Positions 13,145-22,705 of a DNA stretch of 64,000 nt are shown piece by piece. The stretch spans positions 682,001-746,000 of the forward strand of contig CP145418.1 in assembly GCA_036867785.1 (NCBI GenBank), written 5' to 3'. A model generated the notes under the pieces. That model was not told the origin of the DNA and made no database searches. It saw only the letters and a list, made by a program, of their open reading frames with translations. This DNA comes from Plasmodiophora brassicae (Eukaryota). Made by a program: the position numbers and the translations under genes. The first letter of the stretch is position 1. Each line of letters opens with the position of its first letter.

Positions 13145-13948
13145 ATGTCGCAGGTGTTGAACCAGTCGGTGCTAGGCGGCTTGCTGTTCGCCCTGTTCGC
13201 CGTCCTCGTCCTGTTCCTGGATACGTGGTACCGTCGTCGCGGATCCAACGCGGAAGGCTGGAAGCGAATCAACGTCGGCATTGTGGTCGTCCTGCTGGTA
13301 GCGATGGGAAGCACCATTGGGCAGATGTTCCTGGAAGGGCGGACCGAGGCGCAGTGCCACATCCTGCATCATGTCGCCGCCACGTTCTTCCACACCAGCG
13401 AGCCGTTCGTCCGGGTCGTGTTCATCGCACGCCTGCTCGAAATCAACCGGATGCCAAAGCCGTGGGAGCGGGTCGTCGACCAGTGCCTGCTGGGCGCCGG
13501 ATTCCTCGATTGGGCGCTCGCCGTCATCCTGCAGAACCTGACGATGGACACCGCCGTCGTCGGAACGTTGTGCACGGCCATCCTGGAACCTGTTGCCACC
13601 GGGCTCCTGTTCATGCTGCCGCAGGCCATCGACCTCGTGACGAACGTCCGCCTGTATCAGGTCCTCATGACGACCGAGTCGCGACACAATCACAAGTTTT
13701 TGATGCGGATGACGTTCGCCTTCTCGCTGGCGTCGTACGTCATCAGCCTGCTGAGCCTGCTGATCATCACGCATATCATCCCGCTCGACGTCTCGTTCTT
13801 CACGATCTGGCTGACGTTCCAGCAGGACTTCGACGCGTGCTCGGTCGCCCTGCCCACCATCATTGTCCGATTCGCACATCGGTCCCGAGCCGTGCACCCG
13901 TCGCCATACGCCGCCAGGGCGACTGAGCCGACGACTAGCGACCGCTGA
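13145..13948 (+). CDS. GPCR-like 7TM protein, array copy 2
   Basis: Closest to copy 1. Shares FLDTWY, EGWxRIN, TNVRL, WLTFQQxFDACS and the tail RSRAVHPSPYA. Confidence 0.8.
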   Translation: MSQVLNQSVLGGLLFALFAVLVLFLDTWYRRRGSNAEGWKRINVGIVVVLLVAMGSTIGQMFLEGRTEAQCHILHHVAATFFHTSEPFVRVVFIARLLEINRMPKPWERVVDQCLLGAGFLDWALAVILQNLTMDTAVVGTLCTAILEPVATGLLFMLPQAIDLVTNVRLYQVLMTTESRHNHKFLMRMTFAFSLASYVISLLSLLIITHIIPLDVSFFTIWLTFQQDFDACSVALPTIIVRFAHRSRAVHPSPYAARATEPTTSDR

Positions 13949-14228
13949 CACCAAACACATGATGGCGGCAAGGCTCCAGATGTGGTACTGTCTTTATGCA
14001 CGAGACGGCCGCTAGTCACGACGAAATGAAATTTGCGTTCGTTTATGTCTCACTTCGCGGTACGCTTAGGGTTCGCTTGCATTTAAGGCGGCCCGTTAGC
14101 ATATTGTTAAGGCTCGATTCGGTCGGGATCGAATGCGACGCGTATGGTTCTGCACCTAGGGCGGATCGTCGGCGTACCACACACATACACACTCTCTCGG
14201 TCGGGTTGTTCAAGTGTGGGCGCCAAGC

Positions 14229-15068
14229 ATGCCGCAGGCATGGGTGAATCCGGTGGTGCTCACCGCGCTGCTCGTCATTCTCGTCGTCGTCCTGGCCTTG
14301 TTCCTGGACACATGGTATCGCCGGCGTGGTACGAAAGCGGAGGGATGGCAGCGGATCAACGCTGGCATTGTTGGCGTCCTGCTGATCGCGATCGGGACGG
14401 CCATTGCGCAGATGAACCTGGTTGGGCGCACCGAGCTCGAGTGCCGCGTCCTCCACCATATCGCAGGATCGATGTGGAACACCAGCGAACCCTTCGTCAG
14501 GTTCCTGTTCATCGCGCGCCTGATCGAAGTCAACAAGATGCCGACGAGGTGGGAACGCAACCTGGATTACGGAGTGCTGATCACGACCGCCCTGTACTGG
14601 ATCGTGGCGGTTGTCCTGCTCAACATGACACTGGGCAGCGTCGTAATCGACAACCTCTGCATCGGCATTGTGGACCCCGCAGCCGGCGCGTTCACGTTCA
14701 TGTTCCCGCAGATCATCGACATCGTCACGAACGTGCGCCTATGGCAGGTTCTCATGAAGGCCAGGTCTCGCAACGCGCTTCAGCTCCTAATGACGATGAC
14801 CGCTGGCTTCTGCCTGGCATCCTCCGTCCTCAGCCTCATCAGTCTGCTCATCATTATGCAAATCATCCCGTTCGACACGTCGCTGTACACGATCTGGCTG
14901 ACGTTCCAGCAGGCTTTCGACGCCTGCTCGATCGCCCTGCCCACCATCATCGTCCGTTTCGCTCGCGGCCAGAAGACGACTCAGGTGACCGGCCCGACCC
15001 AGCCAATGTCCTCGAAACAAACCTCGAAACAAACCTCGAAACAAACCGCATTGTTCCTCAAAGTTTGA
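14229..15068 (+). CDS. GPCR-like 7TM protein, array copy 3 (SKQT x3 tail)
   Basis: Same family motifs. A 12-bp repeat CTCGAAACAAAC occurs three times at 15011-15047. Confidence 0.8.
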   Translation: MPQAWVNPVVLTALLVILVVVLALFLDTWYRRRGTKAEGWQRINAGIVGVLLIAIGTAIAQMNLVGRTELECRVLHHIAGSMWNTSEPFVRFLFIARLIEVNKMPTRWERNLDYGVLITTALYWIVAVVLLNMTLGSVVIDNLCIGIVDPAAGAFTFMFPQIIDIVTNVRLWQVLMKARSRNALQLLMTMTAGFCLASSVLSLISLLIIMQIIPFDTSLYTIWLTFQQAFDACSIALPTIIVRFARGQKTTQVTGPTQPMSSKQTSKQTSKQTALFLKV

Positions 15069-15325
15069 ACCCGAACCGGTCAGCCAGCAACGTTCCTATG
15101 TCAGACTGACTATCCAACATCAATGAACCCTTTACTTTCGCAGTCGCCAACAATGGATACGTTGCGAATGTTTTTCACTAAGCAAACGTGCCACGAGCAA
15201 CGTCGCCTAACATCACGTCCTACATTAGGGGTTGAGTTATAAATGCAATATTGTGATCGTACAGACTTGTAGTAAGCGAGGGTCGTCGGCATTCGACGCG
15301 TGCGACCTGCCGGAATCGAGTCATC

Positions 15326-15700
15326 ATGTTGGAGTGGCTGAACCCGATGGTGTTGAGCGTTCTGCTGCTCATTCTCGTGGCCGTGCTGGTTATCCTTGGC
15401 AACGCCTGTACAGCTATTCTGAACCCAGCCGCCACTTCTCCCGCAAGTCATCGATATTGTAACGAACGCTCGCGTGTGGCTACCTAGTGGACAAAGAGGC
15501 ACGGGCCTGCAGCGCGCTCCAGGTTCTGCTGTCGCCTACGTTAGGCTTCTTTATGGCTTCCTCCTGCCATCAGTGTTCTGAGCCATCGGATCACGCTGCA
15601 GATCATCCCGCTAGGCCCAGCGTTCAACACGATCATTCCAGCAGGACTCCGAACATGCTCGATTGCGCTCCCGACAATCATGGCCCAGTTCATGTGCCGC
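15326..15700 (+). pseudogene. Decayed 7TM-family copy with a large internal deletion and frameshifts
   Basis: MLEWLNPMVLSVLLLILVAVLV start, followed by remnants such as PQVIDIVTN and CAGATCATCCCGC and TTCCAGCAGGACT, in broken frames. Confidence 0.7.
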
Positions 15701-16010
15701 CATATTGCGGGACTGTGCCTCGGGAATCCGCTACAAACGTCAGCTCAGTAGCAAAGCTTGGCCTTGCCGCGAATTGGATGCAGGACGGTTGCAACATACA
15801 GCCACCGCACCAAGCGGCGACCGCCAATAGCACTTCAACGTCCCCTGCTGACCCAATCCAGTTCACATCGAGCGGTCTTTCAGAGACTCGATACACTGGG
15901 TATCGAAACAACGTTTAAGGGCATAAGGGTACTGCGTATAACAAGCCAGCTGGATCGTTGACCGTACCAAGAGTGTCTTTGCTCGGCGCCTTGTTTGACT
16001 TTGCGGTACC

Positions 16011-16660
16011 ATGTCGCTGGCTTGGTTGAACCTGGTGGTGCTGGCCATTCTCCTGCTGGTCGTTGTGGTCGTCCTGATTCTGTTTTTGGATACGTGGTGC
16101 CGTCGACAAGGATCCAGAGCAGAGGGCTGGAACCGCATCAACGCAGGATAGTCGACGTTTTTCTGTTCGCGATCGGGACGGCCATCGCGCAGATGTATCT
16201 GGAAGGACCAGGCGCATTCTTCGTGAAGATGCTGTTCACCGCGCGTCCACGGTAGTCGAAGTCAACAAGTTGCCTAAGAAGTCGGAAACCGTCTTGGATC
16301 AAGGCCTGCTGGTCACTACATCCCTGTACCAGGTACTGGGCATCACGTGCTGGTGCCGCGCTTCCTCGCCTCATCCCACAGTTCATCGATGTCATGACGA
16401 ACGGGCGCCTGTGGCAGACTGGCAGGTGCTCCAGGCTGTGAAATCCCGAACTCAAGCTCCTTGTGGCAACGACGTCTGCATTCTGCCTGACATCGGACAT
16501 CATCGACGTCTTCAGCGTTCTATAAATCGTGATGCAAATCATCCCGCTGCTCACGATTTGGCTGACGTTTAAACTGGCTTTCGACGCATGCTCGACTGCT
16601 GTCCCTATCATCATCGTCCGTTTCGTACGCCGGTCTGACGAAGGGCGCACTTCATGAGCC
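16011..16660 (+). pseudogene. Decayed 7TM-family copy with frameshifts
   Basis: MSLAWLNLVVLAILLLVVVVVLILFLDTWCRRQGSRAEGWNRINAG start. Later family motifs (EVNK, MQIIP, TIWLTF, IIVRF) appear in shifting frames with deletions. Confidence 0.8.
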
Positions 16661-17132
16661 CCGACCCAGATACTGTCGTCTAGGAACCCATCCCAGGCGC
16701 ATGAAAAGCGTCAGCAAACACAGAACGGTGAGCATGCGCGCATGAGCCTCTTCGAAATCTCAATACAGTCCACCATCAAACGATGTCATAACAGTCTGCT
16801 GTTCAGCGCCACTAAATCCTGCATGTGGGTACCCACAGTCCATATAGCCCAGGGCAGTGTTAGATGTCAACCTCAGTATTTAGCGCCGAATGTTCCAGGT
16901 TCCCCAGAATGATCCTGATGACGTCCGCACGGCATCTGGTCGGGTACCGGATCGGGGAAACAATCGCACTTCATCTTGCTGCTATACCTGCATCACGTTC
17001 GACATTGTATGACGCTCCCAAGAGGTTTATGCGCCTCGACACTTCCAGCAACTCGGTGCGCCCCATCACTGGCACGCCCACCCGGTCCACAGCCCCCCAT
17101 GGCGGTAGATACTGTCGCTGTTCGATTGCGAT

Positions 17133-17199
17133 CCTGCGGGCAGTACCTGCGGGCAGTACCTGCGGGCAGTACCTGCGGGCAGTACCTGCGGGCAGTACC
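17133..17199. repeat. 13-bp minisatellite, 5 perfect copies
   Basis: (CCTGCGGGCAGTA)5. Confidence 0.95.
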
Positions 17200-17310
17200 G
17201 TACCACGTGTACTGAACTTGATCGCATAGGCGGACGGACTGGTAGGAATTGGATAGACGTCGGCGTACGCATTCGATCCGTCCTGTTCGGAGCCACTTCG
17301 CTTGAGCTCC

Positions 17311-18168
17311 ATGCCGCCGTCATGGACGGACTCGCTGGTGCTCGGTACCCAGCTGTTTATCCTTGTGGTCGTTCTGCTCTTGTTCCTGGATACGTGGCGC
17401 CGTCGACGTGGTACTACTAAAGCGGAGGGATGGAAGCGGATCAACGCCGGCATTGTTGGCGTCTTGCTGATAGCGATCGGAAGCACCATTGGGCAGATGT
17501 TCTTGTCCGCGCGAACGGAGCTCGAGTGCCACATCCTCCATCATGTCGCAGGAACGATGTGGAACACCTGCGTGCCCTTCGTCAGGATCCTGTTCATCGC
17601 GCGCCTGATCGAAATCAACAAGATGCCGAGCAAGTGGGAACGCAACGTGGATTACGGCCTGCTGGTGACAGCGTTCGTGATCTGGATCGTGGCTGTCGTC
17701 CTGTTGAACGTGACAATTCGTGGCGCTGTAATCGACGACATCTGCATCGCCCTTCTGGACCCCGGTGTCACCGCGTACACTATCGTGTCCCCGTCGGTGC
17801 TTGACATCGCCACGAACGTGCGCTTATGGCTAGTTCACATGCAGGCATTGAAGAGCAATGCCTTCAAGTTTCTGATAACGACGACGTTTGCATTCTGTCT
17901 AGCATCCTGCATCCTCAGCCTGTTCAGCGTGTTGATCATTCTGGGCGCCATCCCGCTGGACCCGGCGTTCTACACGGTCTGGCTGACGTTCCAGCAGGCT
18001 TTCGACGCCTGCTCAATCGCCCTGCCCACCATCATCGTCCGTTTCGCCCGCGGCCAGAAGACGAGTACTCATGTGGCCGGCCGAACCCAGACATTGTCCT
18101 CGAAACAAACCTCGAAACAGACCTCGAAACAAACCTCGAAACAAACCGCAGGGTCCACCAAAGTTTGA
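17311..18168 (+). CDS. GPCR-like 7TM protein, array copy 4 (SKQT x4 tail)
   Basis: Family motifs, with the 12-bp repeat four times at about 18099-18147. Confidence 0.8.
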   Translation: MPPSWTDSLVLGTQLFILVVVLLLFLDTWRRRRGTTKAEGWKRINAGIVGVLLIAIGSTIGQMFLSARTELECHILHHVAGTMWNTCVPFVRILFIARLIEINKMPSKWERNVDYGLLVTAFVIWIVAVVLLNVTIRGAVIDDICIALLDPGVTAYTIVSPSVLDIATNVRLWLVHMQALKSNAFKFLITTTFAFCLASCILSLFSVLIILGAIPLDPAFYTVWLTFQQAFDACSIALPTIIVRFARGQKTSTHVAGRTQTLSSKQTSKQTSKQTSKQTAGSTKV

Positions 18169-18305
18169 GCCCGAACCGATCAGCCAACAACGCTCCTACG
18201 TCAGACTGAATCAATAAAGCCTTTCCTTTCGCAGTCGCCAACAATGGATACCTTGCGAATGTTGCTGAACGCGCGGCGTACTCAACAGTAAGATAAGATC
18301 ATGGT

Positions 18306-18869
18306 ATGCCTGGCGTTCGAAGGGTGGTAAACAGCCAGGTTAGTATTATTCGGTATCGATGCAGTTACAACGTTCTGATTGCTCGAACCACAGTTCGCTC
18401 GTCAAATGTTGTCGTCGCGAACAAGAAGCGGAGTCATCCCGTTCCGGCGGATACAACGCAAAGCAGTATCGCAAAGAAGCGGTTTACCGAGGGCGTGGGG
18501 CATCGCATCATCGAATACTTCGACACGAGTTGCAAGAAGGACCGGATTGCCGTCCTGTTCTGGGTGTTTCCGAACTCGCAATCAACAGTCCATGTGGCAG
18601 ATGACTGGCGTCGCGTTGAGATCATCATGGATGACCGAATGTCAGACCCAAAGGAGGTGGCAAACCCGGACGATGTGTCGCAGACGGAGGCGATACTGGC
18701 TCATTTCAATAGCTTCGGCAAGCGCGAAGTCGTGTTCGAGCTTCCTGTACCTGTGGAGAATGCGTACACGGCGAGGATTGTGAGGAACGCTGATGGTCAT
18801 GCTCACTCCGTTCTAGTCACTCTTACAACGCGGGCGGAACGAGACGCGACGTTTACATTCGAGATTTGA
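18306..18869 (+). CDS. Hypothetical protein; intact arm of an inverted gene duplication. Start uncertain.
   Basis: 187-aa ORF. A diverged inverted copy lies at about 18965-19312 plus 21297-21455 and shares KRSHP, GHRII, KDRIAVLFWVFPNS and DVSQTEAILAHF. Confidence 0.55.
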   Translation: MPGVRRVVNSQVSIIRYRCSYNVLIARTTVRSSNVVVANKKRSHPVPADTTQSSIAKKRFTEGVGHRIIEYFDTSCKKDRIAVLFWVFPNSQSTVHVADDWRRVEIIMDDRMSDPKEVANPDDVSQTEAILAHFNSFGKREVVFELPVPVENAYTARIVRNADGHAHSVLVTLTTRAERDATFTFEI

Positions 18870-19312
18870 CGGAATATAGACTGATTTTACCGTATCTTCC
18901 TGTGCTTCGATAATGGGTGTCGCACCCACACGCTCTGGAACGTCTTGACGATGTCCGACATCCGTATAGAGCTGCAGGAAGATACGGTAAACTGAGTAAA
19001 TTTATATTCCATCAAGACTCGAATGTACACGTTGTATCCCGTTCAGCACGCGTGGTAAGCGTGGCAAGAACTGAGTGTGCATGTCCGTCTCCGGGTACGC
19101 ATTCTCCAACGGGCACCGGAAGCTCGATGCTGAACACGACTTCGCGAAGCTGTAGAAATGTGCCAATATCGCTTCCGTCTGCGACACATCGTACGGGTTT
19201 GCCATCTCATTAGGGTCTGACAATATCCGGTCATGCATGATAGTCTCAACGCGACGCCCTTCGCTGCCACGTGGACTATCGATGTCGAGTTCGGAAACAC
19301 CCAGAACAGGAG

Positions 19313-19387
19313 TGTCAGGGGACGACACGACGGACGGCGATTGAACCCGCCGTCTGCCGAAGCCGGCTGCGCGGCCGCGCCATAACA
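19313..19387 (-). repeat. 3' LTR (75 bp, internally deleted)
   Basis: TGTCAGG.GACGACACGACGGACGGCGATTG...CCGTCTGCCGAAGCCG...GCGCGGCCGCGCCATAACA is shared with 21183-21296. Confidence 0.85.
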
Positions 19388-21182
19388 GTATAGTCCCCTC
19401 TCATCGGGCCGGTCTGCGGGGTGGCTTTCGCCATGGCGGCCCCGGCTTGGTGGGGTACCGAGCTTATCGGCTGCCTGACATGGCTTGCTCATCGGTGTCG
19501 TCCCGATATCGCCTACATCACGAACGTTCTTGCGGAGGCTCAGTCGGCATCGGCATACGCGACCAGGCGATCCTCGGGTTGCCGTTCACAGCGAATGCCG
19601 CGCGTCTTCGTGCCGGCGAGGCGCGCCAGTGCTGGATTCTAGGGTTCGACGAAAACTGGGCAAGAACGTTCGTGATGTAGGCGATATCGGGACGACACCG
19701 ATGAGCAAGCCATGTCAGGCAGCCGATAACCTTAAGGTACGGTTTGTTGGCCATCTCGTCGCGCTCCAGGGCAGTGCGGGGGCTCATCGATGCCGATAGG
19801 TGAACACCGGGTTGGTCCGGCGTGTTGACGGGGTGACATTGTGTCTTGTTGAAGTCGCTCAACTCCTTCTCGATGTACTCGGCTTGGTCAAGCGTGATGG
19901 CGCCGGTGCCAGGTTCGCGTCTGATGCGCATGCCGAGGAGCGTCGATCGTTCGCCCTGATCAGTGATCTCAGCCATCGTGGCGAGCTTCTCGAGGACGGG
20001 CTCCGCGAAAAGGATGTCGTTGTACGCCAGCAGGCCATTGTCGGTGCGCAAAGACATGATCATGAACTTTCCTTCGCGATCGTACCGGAACACGCAGGGG
20101 TCCGCGATGATCGGTTCGAAGCGACAGCAGCTTTTCGCAGAGCGTCTTGTACCATCGCTCGGCGCCCTGCCTGGTGCCGTACAGAGCCTTTCTGAGGTGC
20201 CGAACTCGATATGGGACACGAGGGTCAGTAAACCCGTCTGGTTGTCGAATGTAGACTTCGTGGAGCATGTCAGCGTTAGGGTATGCGGCCACCCTGTCGA
20301 CCTGGCGAAGATGCAGGCCGTGCTGTGGGGCCAGCGCCAGAATGATATGGAACGCGGTGGCGCGAGCGGTCGGCGCGAAGGTGTCGTCGAAGTCGATGCC
20401 GGGGCGCTGTCTGAAGCCTTGAGCGCAGAGACGAGCGGTGAACTTGCGGATGCCACCATCACCACTGAGCGAGGACTTGACCTGGAACACCCACTTGGCG
20501 CCAACAGCGATCTTGCCTTTCGGCAGGTCGACGAGCGGGCCGAACGTGTCCTTCGAGTCCAGCGTTGCGATCTGCGAGACGGCAGCGTCCCACCAATGGC
20601 CGGCGAACGGCGATGCGAGGGCCTCGGCAGCGCGGCAGGAGATGCTGGATGCCCAGAGCACGGTTGTGCAGGCCAGCGACGGCGGCGTCGAGGTCAGATG
20701 ATGCGTTGGCCAGGATGAGGACGGCGACTAATGCGGCGGTGAGGGACAGCATCTCGGTCGGTACCGCTGCCCGGACTCGATGAGGTGCGACTTGAACTCT
20801 GGCGGCGTAAGTGGCAATGCGTCGGTGAGGGACAGCAGCTTGGTCGGTACCGTCGCCGGGCGAATCAGTCGCCACTTACGCCGCCAGAGTTCAAGCCGCA
20901 GCCAACGCATCATCAGACCTCGACGCCGCCGTCGCTGGCCTGCACAACCGTGCTCTGGGCATCCAGCATCTCCTGCCGCGCTGCCGAGGCCTTCGCATCG
21001 CCGTCCGCCGGCCATGGGTGGGACGCTCCCGTCTCGCAGATCGCAACGCTGGACTCGAAGGACACGTTCGGCCCGCTCGTCGACATGCCGAAGTGTCGAC
21101 GGGGTGACATTGTGTCATGGTGAAATCGCTCAACACCTTCTCGATGTACTCGGCTTGGTCAAGCCTGATGAGACGGTTAAAA

Positions 21183-21296
21183 TGTCAGGAGACGACACGA
21201 CGGACGGCGATTGTCTCCACAACACGGATTAACCGTCTGCCGAAGCCGACGGTTGCAGTGGACGCTTATTCAAAACTGCGCGGCCGCGCCATAACA
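21183..21296 (-). repeat. 5' LTR (114 bp)
   Basis: Direct repeat of 19313-19387 with TG...CA ends. Confidence 0.85.
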
Positions 21297-21730
21297 AGGA
21301 CAGCGATCCTGTCCTTGTTGCGACTCGTGTTGAAGTATCTGATGATGCGATGCCCCATTCCCTCGGCAAAGCACGTCTTGGTACAACTGCTTGGCGTCGG
21401 ATCCGCTGGAGCGGGATGACTCCGCTTCTTATTCGCCACCACGACGTTCGACAAGGGGCTTGGAACAGAGACAGACGAATCGAACGAAGCCGATGCTCAC
21501 GAATAATCACGTATAAAGGTCCTGGTCTGATGTACCTAGGTAGGTATTTGCCGTGTTGTGGGGCGGATCATGGGGCCAGTCGATTCTGCTTCCCGTCCTT
21601 CCTGCCCACGTTTTTCGTTGTCCCCTTTATGTACATTAGGTAGACTTCCTATGTAGTAGAGGTACACCGAACCAGATCCGATCGCCTGTGTACCAGGAAG
21701 CCCCGTCGGCGGCATCTCACGAAGCGCATT

Positions 21731-22504
21731 ATGGACGAGGTGTCAAAGCAAGCGGTGCTGAGCTGCCTTTTGTTCATCCTCGTGGCCGTGCTGGCCCTGT
21801 TCTTGGACACCTGGTACCGTCGGCATCGTTCAAACGTCGATGGCTGGAAAAGAATCAACATCGGCATCGTCAGCGTCCTGCTGATAGCGATCGGAACGAC
21901 CATTGCGCAGATGTGCTTCTTCGGGCGGACCGAGCTCGAATGCCGTATTCTGAACCACATTTCGGGTTCATTGTGGAACACCAGCGAGCCCTTCGTCAGG
22001 ATCCTGTTCATCGCGCGCCTGATTGAGGTCAACAAGATGCCTCAGAAATTGGATCGCTGCGTGGACTACGGCCTTGTGGTCATTACATTCCTGTACTGGA
22101 TTGTGGCGGTCGTCCTGCTCAACGTGACAATGGGCTATGCTGTAATCAACGATCTCTGCATCGGCATTGTGGACCCCGCGGCAGGCGCATTTACGTTCAT
22201 GTTCCCGCAGATCATCGACGTCGTGATGAACGTTCGTTTGTGGCAGGTTCTCATGAAGATAAAGTCTCGCAATGCCCCCAACCTGCTGATGACGACCACG
22301 TTCGTTTTCTTTCTGGCATCCTCGATCATCAGCCTCTTGAGCCTGCTCATCATCGCTCAAGTCATCCCGCTCGACAAGTCGCTCTTCACGACCTGGTTAA
22401 CGTTCCAGCAGGCGTTCGACGTCTGCTCGATCGCCCTGCCCACCATCATCGTCCGGTTTGCGCGAACCCAGAGGCCAGTGTCCCCACTGCAACCCACCAA
22501 ATGA
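21731..22504 (+). CDS. GPCR-like 7TM protein, array copy 5
   Basis: 257-aa intronless ORF with family motifs. Its central part is most like copy 3. Confidence 0.8.
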   Translation: MDEVSKQAVLSCLLFILVAVLALFLDTWYRRHRSNVDGWKRINIGIVSVLLIAIGTTIAQMCFFGRTELECRILNHISGSLWNTSEPFVRILFIARLIEVNKMPQKLDRCVDYGLVVITFLYWIVAVVLLNVTMGYAVINDLCIGIVDPAAGAFTFMFPQIIDVVMNVRLWQVLMKIKSRNAPNLLMTTTFVFFLASSIISLLSLLIIAQVIPLDKSLFTTWLTFQQAFDVCSIALPTIIVRFARTQRPVSPLQPTK

Positions 22505-22705
22505 ATCGATACAGAACTGTCATTTCTTGCGGCACCGCATACCGTCCTGATGGCCAATTTGGGCGCAGTCCAGGTCTAAATCCTGTGATAGCCTAATTTA
22601 GAATCGGGCTGGCCAGCACTGCCTCGGCAGTTGGCACATCGTGCTGGGCACTGCTGGGACACCGGGGATCGACGTTCGTGTCCTGTCGGCACCTGCGATC
22701 TGCCG

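Larger units (their letters stand above)
19313..21296 (-). mobile_element. Defective, internally rearranged Ty1/copia LTR retrotransposon (about 2 kb)
   Basis: Copia RT motifs in frameshifted minus ORFs: KWVFQVK, ARLCAQGFRQRPGIDFDDTFAP, LRKALYGTRQ, DPCVF, RPDIAY, and RNase H start AYADAD*. TG..CA direct repeats at 19313-19387 and 21183-21296. Flanks AGGAG/AGGAC are a 5-bp TSD with one mismatch. PPT-like GAGAGGGGA lies next to the 3' LTR. Confidence 0.9.
18965..21455 (-). pseudogene. Inverted paralog of ORF 18306-18869, split by a retroelement insertion and frameshifted
   Basis: 5' part 21455-21297 reads SNVVVANKKRSHP..KDRIAVL. 3' part 19312-~19010 reads LFWVFPNS..EAILAHFYSFAK and then shifts frame. 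Confidence 0.85.

Noticed and set aside
11965-13960. Long minus-strand ORFs over the 7TM genes
   Set aside because: Antisense shadows caused by GC3 bias. Similarity between them only mirrors the sense-strand paralogy.
19518-20661. Active reverse transcriptase, or a retron/DGR-type system
   Set aside because: The motifs are Ty1/copia type, the frame is broken, the YVDD position reads RTDN, and RNase H stops after AYADAD.
12122-22504. 7TM genes as microbial or animal-type opsins
   Set aside because: There is no Lys within the seventh helix (WLTFQQxFDACSxALP) for a retinal Schiff base.
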